DNA of 64,000 nucleotides, from assembly GCA_037917675.1 (NCBI GenBank), contig JAVCBW010000005.1:32001-96000 (forward strand), written 5' to 3'. This stretch comes from Thermoproteota archaeon (GTDB lineage: Archaea > Korarchaeota > Korarchaeia > B14-G2). The translations under genes were made by a program, and so were the position numbers. Of the stretch, positions 36,607 through 46,111 are shown one piece after another; position 1 is the first letter of the stretch; each line of letters starts with the position of its first letter. The notes under the pieces were generated by a model, which made no database searches, had not been told where the DNA came from, and worked only from the letters and a program-made list of their open reading frames with translations.

Positions 36607-37404
36607 ATGCCCTTGAGAGGAAAGATAGCTGTAGCTGGCAAGGGAGGTGTCGGAAAGACTACCATAGCAGCCAGCTTAGCTAGGCTGCTCTCTAGGATGG
36701 GGCTTAAGGTGATAGCGGTAGACGCTGACCCCTCACTAGGCTTAGCAGCCTCACTAGGGGTGCCGCTTGAGGAGGTACGCCCTGTTCTCCTAGACAAGGC
36801 TCTAATAGCTGAGAGAACTGAGGTTTCAGGTGGATATGGGCTCTTCTTCAAGCTTAACCCTAGGGTTGATGACATAGTAGAGAAGTATGGGTTGCTTGGG
36901 CCAGATGGAGTAGTCCTTCTTCCTCTCGGGACAATAGAGCAGGCGGGATCAGGCTGCTTCTGCCCTGAGATAGCCATGCTCCGTGCCCTGCTAAGACATC
37001 TGCTGCTGCAGAGAGGAGAGGCGGTAGTCATCGACCTGGAAGCTGGACTAGAGCCATTTGGTAGAGGGCTAGCTAAGCACCTAGATGCAGTAATAGTAGT
37101 TGTTGAGCCTAGTGTGAAGTCTATCCAGGTTGCTGACAAGATCATTACCATGGCAAAGGAAAGTGGCGTGAGGAAGGTGTATGTTATAGGCAACAAGTGG
37201 ACAGGAGAAACAGCAGAGTTAAAGCGTATCTCAGAGCTGCTCATAGGAGTAGTGCCATACGATGAGCTAGTAGTTAAAGCTGATAGAGAGGGGGTTCCTC
37301 TGCTGGACTATGGTGAGAGCCAGGCAGCTAGCTCTCTCCTCGAGATCAGCAGGAAGCTAGTCAGCGAGCTAGGTGATCACGCTGATCGTGGAGGGGTGGG
37401 TTAG
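36607..37404 (+). CDS. CooC/AcsF-type nickel-insertion ATPase (MinD superfamily)
   Basis: GKGGVGKT, VDADP, FKLNP.VDD, GCFCPE (CxC), DLEAGLE. Confidence 0.83.
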   Translation: MPLRGKIAVAGKGGVGKTTIAASLARLLSRMGLKVIAVDADPSLGLAASLGVPLEEVRPVLLDKALIAERTEVSGGYGLFFKLNPRVDDIVEKYGLLGPDGVVLLPLGTIEQAGSGCFCPEIAMLRALLRHLLLQRGEAVVIDLEAGLEPFGRGLAKHLDAVIVVVEPSVKSIQVADKIITMAKESGVRKVYVIGNKWTGETAELKRISELLIGVVPYDELVVKADREGVPLLDYGESQAASSLLEISRKLVSELGDHADRGGVG

Positions 37405-38635
37405 AGGAATTAGGAAGCTTGGAAGGATAATGTTCATCATAGTGGATAGCAGAGATAACACTAGAATACAGCTTACCATCAGGAAAGAGGACAGCAGCAT
37501 ATGGGATGTAGCAAGTACCCTAACTCTAGAAAGTGTCATTAGGGCTGAGGGGGAGCCTGTTGAAGAGAAGATAGCGAAGGTAGACATGGAAGTAGCGCCC
37601 ATAAGCATAGAAGTCCTCTCGAGAGCAGACCCAAAGCTCCCAATAGACCCGACTGGCAAGACCCCAGCTCTCTTAGACACAAGACTGGACTATAGGCCAC
37701 TAGATCTCAGGAGGCCTGAAGCTCAGGCTGTATTCAGGGTTCAGTCTGCCCTGGTGGAGGGGATGGAATCATACCTGCGTAGCAGGGGGTTCATAAGGGT
37801 GTTTACGCCGGTCTTGATTGGAGCTACCTCAGAGAGCGGAGCAGAGGTCTTTGAAGTCGACTACTTCGGGAGGAAAGCCTACTTGAGACAGGATCCACAG
37901 CTCCACAGGCAGCTCACCATAATAGCTGGCTTCCCTAAGATATATGACCTAGGGCCAAGCTGGAGAGCAGAGAAGAGCCATACAACCAGGCATCTGACAG
38001 AATTCAACTCTATAGCAGTTGAAATGGCTTTCATAAGAGACGAACACGATGTCATGAGGGTTGAGGAGGAGATGGTCGTAGCTGGAGTCAAGAACGTAAT
38101 CGAGAAGTGTGAGAGAGAGCTCAGTTTGCTCAAAGTAGACTTAGAGAAGCCCAAGACACCGTTCCCAGAAGTCACGTTCCCAGAAGTCTATGATATACTT
38201 GGTGAAATGGGCTATGAAGTAAGGTATGGAGAAAGCTATGGGACTGAGGGAGAGAAGCTCCTCTGGGAGTATGTGAGAGAGAAGTATGGGTCAGATTTCT
38301 TCTTCGTCAATAGGTTTCCCTTTGCTGAGAAGCCTTTCTACGTCATGAAGGCTGAGCCACCCTGGGCTAGGAGCATAGACCTCATATACAAGGGGCTTGA
38401 GCTGAGCAGTGGAGGTCAGAGAGAGCATAGGTACAGCGTGCTGGTTGAGCAGATCCATGAGAAGAGCCTAGACCCTGAGAGCCTGAAGTGGTTCACTGAG
38501 TTCTTCAAGTATGGTGCTCCACCACATGGTGGTTTTGCACTGGGAATAGAGAGGTTCACAAAGCAGCTGCTAAACCTCCCTAACATAAGGGAAGCTGTCC
38601 TGTTCCCGAGAGACGTTAAGAGGCTGCTTCCATGA
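37373..38635 (+). CDS. aspS: Aspartyl-tRNA synthetase (archaeal type, divergent)
   Basis: OB-fold GWV, RLDYRPLDLR, motif 2 WRAEKSHTTRHLTEF, ELSSGGQR, PPHGGFALGIER, LFPRD; start may be CTG 37382 or GTG 37388. Confidence 0.87.
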   Translation: MITLIVEGWVRGIRKLGRIMFIIVDSRDNTRIQLTIRKEDSSIWDVASTLTLESVIRAEGEPVEEKIAKVDMEVAPISIEVLSRADPKLPIDPTGKTPALLDTRLDYRPLDLRRPEAQAVFRVQSALVEGMESYLRSRGFIRVFTPVLIGATSESGAEVFEVDYFGRKAYLRQDPQLHRQLTIIAGFPKIYDLGPSWRAEKSHTTRHLTEFNSIAVEMAFIRDEHDVMRVEEEMVVAGVKNVIEKCERELSLLKVDLEKPKTPFPEVTFPEVYDILGEMGYEVRYGESYGTEGEKLLWEYVREKYGSDFFFVNRFPFAEKPFYVMKAEPPWARSIDLIYKGLELSSGGQREHRYSVLVEQIHEKSLDPESLKWFTEFFKYGAPPHGGFALGIERFTKQLLNLPNIREAVLFPRDVKRLLP

Positions 38636-38645
38636 GGCTTAGTGT

Positions 38646-40238
38646 ATGAAAGCTAGCTTGATTCTGCTGCTTCTTCTCCTCCAGCCCGCCTACTATCAAG
38701 GCAAGTACATAGATTGTAGAGTACATATGGAGGTAGCTGAAAGTTTAGAGGTCTATGTGACCCTGACATATGAGGCACATGGGATAGTGAGCTATGAGTT
38801 AGATAAGCTCCTGCCAGACCTCCATGAGGATGCAGAGGAGGTCGCCAGAGAGCTCTTTGGCAGGGAATTAGAGGTAGAAGTGGAGGCTATAGGTGGCAGC
38901 ACAGTCAAGTTCCGTGGGGCCGTGAGCAGTGTAGTGGAGGAGAGAGAGCAGGGGCTCATGGTTCTTAGAACAGGTAGTCTAACAGTCACTAAAGGGATAG
39001 GAGGAGAGAGAATACCTAGATACATTGTTGAGCTCGAAGTTGTGGCTAGGGGATTTTACTTGCTGTCAGCTAGCCCAAGGCCTGAGGAGAAGACAGCTAC
39101 AAGAGCTGTCTGGAGGCCTGCAGCACCCTCATGCATGGTGGAATTCTGTAGGCCTAGCGTATCTGTAGCCTGGAAGATATTGGATCAAGCTGGGAGAGAG
39201 GTGGGGTATCCGTATAGGCTCAATTTGAGCTCAGAGTACAACCTCACTATAGCCTGTGAAAGCATGACATGCATACCACTGAGGTTTTCAGCGTCTCTTA
39301 TCGGCTATAATGTGACACTGCCTCAAGACAAGGTGAGCTTCAGGCTCAGGCCAGCTGAGAGTAAGAGCTTCACTATGCCATTCAATGTCTCAGCAGGAAG
39401 CTGGATGATACTGCTTGAAGTCAAGGATCTAGAGGGGCTTGGAGTCTATAAGAGAATACTCATAGCAGGCATAGCTGGAGAGCAGGTGCAGGCTGAAGCT
39501 GAGGTCATTGAGGAAGCTGAGAAAGAGGAGGCTGAGAGAGCTGAGCTTCAACTGGATGCGATATACCCAGCAGAGGTGTATATTGGAGACAGCTTCCTTA
39601 TCGTTGTAACCGTCACGAACAAGATGAGTAGGAGGGTGGCTATTGAGCTACATGTCAGAGGGATAGGAGTTGAGCCTGCTGAAGCCTACGCTAGCAAAGT
39701 GGTTGATGCAGGGGCATCTAGCATGCTTGAGTTCAAGCTGACTGCAGTCGAGCAGATAGCAAAGATACGGATCCTCGCAAGCACATATGGCTTAAACTAC
39801 ACGGTAGCTAGGGATATCATGGTGAGAGCGAAACCTAAGCCAACACATGCATATACTCCAGAGGCCTCTCCATATGCTTCTCCTACCATGGCTGGCATGC
39901 CAGCTACGACGTTAGCTCCTCAGCTAACAGCGCAATCATGGAAGCTGAAGCTACTGGCTGCTTTGGTAGCAATTGCAGTAGCAGCGATAGCTCTATACGT
40001 GAAGCTGAGGCCTAGAGAGAGAGCTGTGAGCATACAGAGAGGAGGGCTCAGCCATGATGAGGCCAGGGAGCTTGAGGAGGAAAAAAGGAGGATCCTTAGC
40101 AGGATAAGAGAGCTTAAGGAGGCATATGATGCATCGCTGATCTCTGATAGAGTATATGAGGAGCTTAGAGAGCTGTATGATAGCGAGCTTAAGGAGGTAG
40201 AGAGGAAGCTAAGCAGACTTCATAGCGCCGCTAGCTAG
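38646..40238 (+). CDS. Surface/membrane protein with beta-rich domains, P/T linker, TM and cytoplasmic coiled coil
   Basis: Signal peptide, Ig-like segments, PKPTHAYTPEASPYASPT linker, TM, tail ELEEEKRRILSRIRELKEAY...ISDRVYEELR. Confidence 0.65.
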   Translation: MKASLILLLLLLQPAYYQGKYIDCRVHMEVAESLEVYVTLTYEAHGIVSYELDKLLPDLHEDAEEVARELFGRELEVEVEAIGGSTVKFRGAVSSVVEEREQGLMVLRTGSLTVTKGIGGERIPRYIVELEVVARGFYLLSASPRPEEKTATRAVWRPAAPSCMVEFCRPSVSVAWKILDQAGREVGYPYRLNLSSEYNLTIACESMTCIPLRFSASLIGYNVTLPQDKVSFRLRPAESKSFTMPFNVSAGSWMILLEVKDLEGLGVYKRILIAGIAGEQVQAEAEVIEEAEKEEAERAELQLDAIYPAEVYIGDSFLIVVTVTNKMSRRVAIELHVRGIGVEPAEAYASKVVDAGASSMLEFKLTAVEQIAKIRILASTYGLNYTVARDIMVRAKPKPTHAYTPEASPYASPTMAGMPATTLAPQLTAQSWKLKLLAALVAIAVAAIALYVKLRPRERAVSIQRGGLSHDEARELEEEKRRILSRIRELKEAYDASLISDRVYEELRELYDSELKEVERKLSRLHSAAS

Positions 40239-40886
40239 CTCAATGAGCTTAGCATGGGGGTCTTTGCTGGCAACAACCCCAGATGATACCAGAACACCTA
40301 CTGTACCCAGCTCTATAGCCCTTGAGACATCCTCAGCTCTCTTCACGCCAGCACCACATAGAACAGCTACATCTGGCTCTCTAGACTTCACTAGCCTAAC
40401 AGCCTTCTCAATGACCTCTGGCTTAGCCTTGGTCACGCTTACGTCTCCTCCTATCAGCTCAGGAGGCTCATATGCTATATACGTAGGCTTAACTCCCATG
40501 CAAGCTGATACAGCTTGGATTGAGCTGGCACATACGCATGTTTCAAGCCTGAGAGCCTTGGCTTTCTCAGCTAGGTAGGCTAGCTCCCATATCCTGAGAG
40601 GCCTCTCAGAGTGGTTGAGGAGAACTCCTTTTGCACCAGCTTCTACGATAGCCTCTAATGGCACAGAGCCAGTGTGAGCACCTAGCTCAACTGCATCAGC
40701 AGATTGAGCCCAGCAGACTACTGAAGTAGATGAGGAGATCCTATAAAGCTCAGTGTGAGGAGGACACATCACAATCCTCACACCAGTCTCCTCTGAGATC
40801 TTCTCAGCACTCCTAGCTACCTCAACTGCTCTCTTCCCTATCGAGCTTGGATACACCTTCATGTTGACTACTATGATTGGCTGCAA
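40209..40886 (-). CDS. tpiA: Triosephosphate isomerase (archaeal type)
   Basis: VNMK, GAHTG, LLNHSE, AYEPPELIG, GAGV. Confidence 0.95.
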   Translation of the reverse strand: MQPIIVVNMKVYPSSIGKRAVEVARSAEKISEETGVRIVMCPPHTELYRISSSTSVVCWAQSADAVELGAHTGSVPLEAIVEAGAKGVLLNHSERPLRIWELAYLAEKAKALRLETCVCASSIQAVSACMGVKPTYIAYEPPELIGGDVSVTKAKPEVIEKAVRLVKSREPDVAVLCGAGVKRAEDVSRAIELGTVGVLVSSGVVASKDPHAKLIELASGAMKSA

Positions 40887-40887
40887 T

Positions 40888-41559
40888 TCACCACCTTGTC
40901 TTCAGTACAGCTCCCCTAGATGGCACTATGACCTCTATTCCTCTGGCTTCAGCTATGCTCTTGAACTGGCTCATCTCACCTGGCGTCCCATGGATTGGGA
41001 CTGCTATCTTCGCCTTCACAGCCTCAACCATCTTAACAGCATCTTCTACGCTTGCAGTCGGTGAAGGAGAGCCTACTGGGACGAACGCAACCTGAGCTCT
41101 ATGCTCTTCTAAGCTCTCAGTGTACCCTGAGTCTGCTCCATGTAGCAAGGCTAGAGCACCTATCTCCAAGACGTATAGTAGAGGATGCTTCCCAGGATGT
41201 ACTGCTCTGATGGCATGTATCTTGACGCCTGTAGCCTCTAGGCTGCTGCCTGCCCTAGCCTCATGTAGCTTACCCTCAGGGATCTTACCCCGTAGCTTCT
41301 GGTAGACATCTGGGTTCCCAACTATATGTGCTCCTGTCTTCTCGTGTAGGCGGATGGCTGAGGAAAGTGAGAAGTGGTCATAGTGCTCATGTGTATACGT
41401 GATTAGGTCTAAGGGCCCAGCTAAGTCTTCAGCAGCCACTAGGTCAGCAGGATCTATCAGAATGGCCTTCCCAAGAGCCCTGATGCCGACGCAGGAGTAG
41501 CCTAGATATGTGAAGGCTAGCTCACCCTCTTCTATGCTGACAGAATATAGCTCTCTCAA
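40888..41559 (-). CDS. Metallo-beta-lactamase-fold hydrolase
   Basis: IDP, THEHYDH, HGADSG, VPIHG. Confidence 0.82.
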   Translation of the reverse strand: MRELYSVSIEEGELAFTYLGYSCVGIRALGKAILIDPADLVAAEDLAGPLDLITYTHEHYDHFSLSSAIRLHEKTGAHIVGNPDVYQKLRGKIPEGKLHEARAGSSLEATGVKIHAIRAVHPGKHPLLYVLEIGALALLHGADSGYTESLEEHRAQVAFVPVGSPSPTASVEDAVKMVEAVKAKIAVPIHGTPGEMSQFKSIAEARGIEVIVPSRGAVLKTRW

Positions 41560-41615
41560 GAGACCACCCTAAGCTTAGGAGCATGTAAATTAAATTATGT
41601 CGCCCTATGTGATAT

Positions 41616-42323
41616 GTGAGAATCCTGATAGCTTACTCTGGTAGGTATGGTGAGAGAATAGTCCAAAACATAGCTAAGAGAGGGCCTAGACGCTGGAGCA
41701 TAGTGCCTATTGAGATCAGGCAAGCTCCTCACTTAGACTCTGACATCTATCCATATGTGCCTAAGGGGATCAAGAAGGCTGACCTCCTGGTTTCTCTCCT
41801 CGAGCAGGCTGAATCTGCTGCTCTGATACCTGCTGTGGCTGAGAAGGCTGAGGTGGATGCTGTGATAGCTCCAGTTGACAGCGATATCTGGATGCCTCAG
41901 GGGGAGATAAGAAGGGTACGTGAGGCTTTAGATGGAGTCTGCTGTGTTTTCCCAAGGCCATTCTGCTCTCTCATCCCAAGTGGACATAGGGTCATAGTAG
42001 AGTTTGCAGAGGTATTTGGGAGGCCAAAGCTCTCAGTACATGGAAGAGAACTTATAGAGGAGGTTGAAGTCATGAGGGGAGCACCCTGTGGAAGTACATG
42101 GCACGTTGCACAAAGGCTCATCGGGTGCTCACCTAAGGAAGCAGTACGTAAAGCTGCGTTACTACACCAGCTTTACCCCTGCATGGCTTCAGCTAAAGTA
42201 GACCCTATCTCTGGAGGAGATTCTCTCCTTCATATCTCAGCTAGGATTCTGATGAGAGAATTAGAGAAAGCCTTGATGGCAGCAGGTATGCTTGAAGAAA
42301 GCGTCCTTGAGAAAAGTAAATAA
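41616..42323 (+). CDS. DUF166-family protein
   Basis: G.YGER, PRPFCSL, FGRP, RGAPCGSTW, YPCMAS. Confidence 0.72.
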   Translation: MRILIAYSGRYGERIVQNIAKRGPRRWSIVPIEIRQAPHLDSDIYPYVPKGIKKADLLVSLLEQAESAALIPAVAEKAEVDAVIAPVDSDIWMPQGEIRRVREALDGVCCVFPRPFCSLIPSGHRVIVEFAEVFGRPKLSVHGRELIEEVEVMRGAPCGSTWHVAQRLIGCSPKEAVRKAALLHQLYPCMASAKVDPISGGDSLLHISARILMRELEKALMAAGMLEESVLEKSK

Positions 42324-42389
42324 GTGACATATCCCTTTTACTAAGGGGTCTCGCCGATCTACCAACATGACGGGATGATTGGTGGTATC

Positions 42390-43148
42390 TTGGAGAACTC
42401 TCTGAAAGTCCTTGAAGCACTCAAGACGCTTGCAAAGCCTGAGTATGTGATAAGAGTTAATAGGCTGAGGAAGGAGTACCAGAAGCTATCTGAGAAGCTG
42501 GGGGTGCCTTTCTCAGAGCTCTACCACCACCATCTCGTGAAGCTAACTGAAGCAGGGTTGATAGACTGGAGGAAATCTGGCATTGAAGATATAATAGTGT
42601 TGAGAGGAGTCAAAGTAAGTGAGGAGAACATGGGTAAGATTGAGGAGAAGCCTCTAGCAAATAAAGGAATGCTCAAGATCATAAGCAAACTTGAGACAGC
42701 AGTTGAGGACTTGAGGAAGAGCAGGGAGAGGGATATTAGGCTCCTCAATGAGACTGTGCAGCTTGTTAAGCAGCTACAGCAGCAGATAACTAGGACAGCA
42801 GAGTATAGAGAGAAGATAGATAACCTCGAGAGGAAGCTTGGAGTCCTCAGCAGCGTGGCAAGCAGCCTCAGGAGGCTATCAGAGGAGCTTATGAGGATAG
42901 CAGAGGGCTATCCTACTAGAGAGGAGAAGGCTGCTGAAGTTGGAGTAGTCAAGAAGGCTAAGGCAGAGGAGATGAGAGAGACTGTGATGAAGGTGTTTGA
43001 GAGACATAAGGGAGAAAAGCTGAAGTACATGGATATAGCTAGAGAGGCTGGAATAGACCCGAAGTACCTTGGGAGGATACTTACATCACTTGTTAAGAAA
43101 GGCAAGCTGAAGAAAGTAGAGCTGGGGGTTTACAAGGCAGTCCAGTAG
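42390..43148 (+). CDS. Putative DNA-binding protein: wHTH - coiled coil - wHTH
   Basis: N-terminal KLSEKLGV..SELYHHHLVKL.EAGLI; central heptad region; C-terminal MDIAREAGIDPKYLGRILTSLVKKGKL.KV..GVY; TTG start after GGTGG. Confidence 0.65.
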   Translation: MENSLKVLEALKTLAKPEYVIRVNRLRKEYQKLSEKLGVPFSELYHHHLVKLTEAGLIDWRKSGIEDIIVLRGVKVSEENMGKIEEKPLANKGMLKIISKLETAVEDLRKSRERDIRLLNETVQLVKQLQQQITRTAEYREKIDNLERKLGVLSSVASSLRRLSEELMRIAEGYPTREEKAAEVGVVKKAKAEEMRETVMKVFERHKGEKLKYMDIAREAGIDPKYLGRILTSLVKKGKLKKVELGVYKAVQ

Positions 43149-43167
43149 CTGCTGATAGGGATGAAGC

Positions 43168-44466
43168 TTGAAGACCCTGCTCTTAGTCTGCGATGGGCTT
43201 GGAGATAGGCCTGTGCGTGAGCTTGGAGGCAAGACTCCACTTGAATATGCAAGGCATCCGACCCTAGACTTCCTAGCTAACAGAGGAGACGCATATATTC
43301 TCCATCCAGTGAGGCCAGGGGTGCCTTCTGCTAGTGACATAGCTCATCTACACATTTTTGGATATGATACCGCTGTAGAGTACCCTGGTAGGGGTGTGTT
43401 TGAGGCCCTTGGAGCTGGAGCCAGCCTCCCTAAGGGGTCACTGGCCTTCAGGCTGAATCTGGCTACGGTAGAGCGTGACGGGAAGCTGCTCAGGGTTGTT
43501 GATAGGAGGGCAGGAAGAATACCTACCTGGCTGGCAGCTGAGCTGATTGAAAGCCTTAACAGAGAGCTGGAGGAGGTAGCTGGGTTTAGGTGTAGGTTCT
43601 ATTCGACAGTGGAGCATAGAGGGGTCTTGGTGATAGCTGGGGGGGATCTAAGCCCTCATATCACGAGCTGTGATCCCCATGAGGAGGGAAAGCCTCTTCT
43701 AAAGGTGAAGCCTGCTAGGAGGAAGGTGAGATACCCTTTTGACCCTGCTACGGCTGGGAAAACAGCTGAGGTTGTTAATGAAATCGTGATGAAAGCCCAT
43801 AGCGTGCTCAGCAAGCATCCCATCAACAGGAAGAGGAAGAAAGAGGGGAAGCCTCCAGCTAATGCTATCCTCCTCAGAGGAGCTGGGATAGCGTCTCAGT
43901 TAGAGAGCTTCACGAGGAGATGGGGTGTGAAAGCTGCTTGCATAGCTGGTGGAGCCATGTATAAGGGTATTGCTAAGGCTTTAGGGTTTGAGGTGCTGGA
44001 GGTAAAGGGGGCTACAGGGAGAGTTGACACAAACCTCAGAGCAAAGTTCTCTGCTGCCATTAAGGCATTATCTACACATGACTTCGTGTTCCTCCATGTG
44101 AAGGCAACAGACTCCCTATCACATGATAGGAAGCCTGTTGAGAAGGCTATGTTTATAGAGAGGATAGACTCTGAGCTAGCTCATGTAATTGAGGATCTGG
44201 GTGAAGTTGTCCTATGTGTAACAGGAGACCATACGACATCTAGCATGCTAGGGAAGCATACAGGCGACCCTGTGCCCATGGTAGTGTGGTATAGTGGAGC
44301 TAGAGGAGCTGGCTGTAGGTTTGATGAGAGGAGCATATTGTCTAGAGGCTTAGAGGTCTATGGCCTAGACCTCATGAGCATTTTGCTGAATGCAGCAGGC
44401 ATGCTTGAAGAGCTGGACTACGATGTTAGAGACGAGTCAGAGCCCCTTGAGCTCAGCTCTCCCTGA
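43168..44466 (+). CDS. apgM: 2,3-bisphosphoglycerate-independent phosphoglycerate mutase
   Basis: DGLGD, KTPLE, SDIAH, YPGRG, HVKATD..SHD, TGDHTT...H. Confidence 0.92.
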   Translation: MKTLLLVCDGLGDRPVRELGGKTPLEYARHPTLDFLANRGDAYILHPVRPGVPSASDIAHLHIFGYDTAVEYPGRGVFEALGAGASLPKGSLAFRLNLATVERDGKLLRVVDRRAGRIPTWLAAELIESLNRELEEVAGFRCRFYSTVEHRGVLVIAGGDLSPHITSCDPHEEGKPLLKVKPARRKVRYPFDPATAGKTAEVVNEIVMKAHSVLSKHPINRKRKKEGKPPANAILLRGAGIASQLESFTRRWGVKAACIAGGAMYKGIAKALGFEVLEVKGATGRVDTNLRAKFSAAIKALSTHDFVFLHVKATDSLSHDRKPVEKAMFIERIDSELAHVIEDLGEVVLCVTGDHTTSSMLGKHTGDPVPMVVWYSGARGAGCRFDERSILSRGLEVYGLDLMSILLNAAGMLEELDYDVRDESEPLELSSP

Positions 44467-44519
44467 GACATGAACTTAATTATAGGTAGCTCAGATAGTA
44501 CCTGGATGGTGTAACTGAG

Positions 44520-45347
44520 ATGAGAGTAGAGAAGAGTCATATGGAGGAGCCCACCAGGAGTTTAAGGAGAGAGCTTGGCATGTTCTCGCTAGAAGCCTAC
44601 AGGGAGATAAAGCTTAGGGAGGCTACTCTCCTGCACGGGCTTCCAGGGCTAGGGCTTGTTGGGAAGCTGGCTGTTGAAATGCTTATAGAGCACTTCTCAG
44701 CTGAGCCTGTAGCTAGGCTATACTCTGAATACATGTTTCTTCCAGATGGGAATGTTGGAGTAGGAGTACTAGAGGGAAAGGAGCTCTCTTACGTCACAAT
44801 AGACTTCTACTACACAGCTACCAGCTTGGGGAGAGAGCTCATATTGATGACTGCTCAGACCCAGCCAGTTAACTGGGGGCAGTATAGAACTCTACAGAAG
44901 GTGCTGGATCTCGCGAGATCCTGGGGAGTCACAAGGGTGATCTCGCTTGGAGGGTTCGCTACGGATATGGTTGGAGAGAGGAGGAAGGCCTATGTTGCAG
45001 CGAGTAGCAAGGTTCTCCTGAAGGAGTTCACGAAGTGTGGGGCTAGAGTGCTGCGGGGGGGATATGTGACGGGTGCATGTGGGCTGGTAGTTGGGATAGC
45101 TGCGATAAACGGCTTTGAGAGCGCGACCTTACTGGGAGAAACACTTGGCAGATACCCTGATCCAAAGGGGGCTAAGGCAGTCATAGATGTGCTTGATAAG
45201 ATGTATGGAATAGGGTTCAGAGCTGAGATCGTTGAGAAGAAGATCAAGGAAGTCGAGAAGACGCTTAAGCTGACTAGGGAGATGAGGGAGATAGTTTCTA
45301 GGAGAGAGGAGGCAGCTCAGAGGCCAGAGTACCCATATACTGTATGA
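44520..45347 (+). CDS. PAC2-family proteasome assembly chaperone (copy 1)
   Basis: GLPGLGLVGKLA, SLGGF, G.VTGA.G, LLGET...PDP. Confidence 0.85.
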   Translation: MRVEKSHMEEPTRSLRRELGMFSLEAYREIKLREATLLHGLPGLGLVGKLAVEMLIEHFSAEPVARLYSEYMFLPDGNVGVGVLEGKELSYVTIDFYYTATSLGRELILMTAQTQPVNWGQYRTLQKVLDLARSWGVTRVISLGGFATDMVGERRKAYVAASSKVLLKEFTKCGARVLRGGYVTGACGLVVGIAAINGFESATLLGETLGRYPDPKGAKAVIDVLDKMYGIGFRAEIVEKKIKEVEKTLKLTREMREIVSRREEAAQRPEYPYTV

Positions 45348-46102
45348 GGTGGGAAGTCTTGGAGAGCTGGGTTAAGACTATAAGATACAGCGACAAGATG
45401 TATAGGAGGCCAGTTATCGTAATAGGGTTCCCTGGAATAGGTCTTATAGGCCTTCAGGCTGTGAAATACATGGTTGAGAAGCTTGGTGCAGAGAAGGTTG
45501 CTGAAATATACTCTGAATACCTCTATCTCCAGGGCACGTCAACTGGGATCATAGTTAGGCCAGATGGCACATTCACCCTACCAAAGTATGCAATTTACGG
45601 GTATGATGGGACGCCAAACATGCTCTTAGTTGAAGCAGACACGCAGCCTGTTGCATGGGCAGTCTACAAGTCGCTGGATACAGTCTTCTCCTTCCTCAAG
45701 CAGTTTAACCCAGAAGGCGTGATAGTCCTCACCGGGTATAGCAGCCGTGCCGCGGGAGAGGTCTTTTATGTTGCTAGTTCAGGCTGGATGCTTGATAAGC
45801 TCAGGAAGCTGGGGATCAGTAGCAGAGCTAAAGTCGGCTCAATAATAATGGCAGCTGGCGCCAGCATAGTGCTCTCTAAGCTCTATGGCTGGCCTTGCAT
45901 ATCGCTCACAGCCTCAGCCAAGAGCGCGGTTGACATAGAGGGCACTAAAGCCATCATAGAGGTCCTATCTAAGCTCCTAGGGGTTAGCATAGAGCTAAGT
46001 GACTTAGATAAGATGGCTAAGGAAGCTGAAAGAGCTGAGATGGTGATAAAGCTCATCACACCCTCTACCTCACAAGAGGGTAGAGTGGACTACATACTCT
46101 GA
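45344..46102 (+). CDS. PAC2-family proteasome assembly chaperone (copy 2, more divergent)
   Basis: GFPGIGLIG, IYSEY, DTQP, LTGY; ATGA overlap with copy 1. Confidence 0.8.
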   Translation: MRWEVLESWVKTIRYSDKMYRRPVIVIGFPGIGLIGLQAVKYMVEKLGAEKVAEIYSEYLYLQGTSTGIIVRPDGTFTLPKYAIYGYDGTPNMLLVEADTQPVAWAVYKSLDTVFSFLKQFNPEGVIVLTGYSSRAAGEVFYVASSGWMLDKLRKLGISSRAKVGSIIMAAGASIVLSKLYGWPCISLTASAKSAVDIEGTKAIIEVLSKLLGVSIELSDLDKMAKEAERAEMVIKLITPSTSQEGRVDYIL

Positions 46103-46111
46103 GGATGATAT

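Noticed and set aside
36594-37244. Long antisense ORFs (also 62203-62784, 48772-49224 and many shorter ones)
   Set aside because: Ser/Leu-rich shadow frames opposite well-supported genes, expected from the codon bias.
38161-38188. Direct repeat GTTCCCAGAAGTC x2 in aspS
   Set aside because: In-frame FPEV-T-FPEV coincidence; only two copies and no structural implication.
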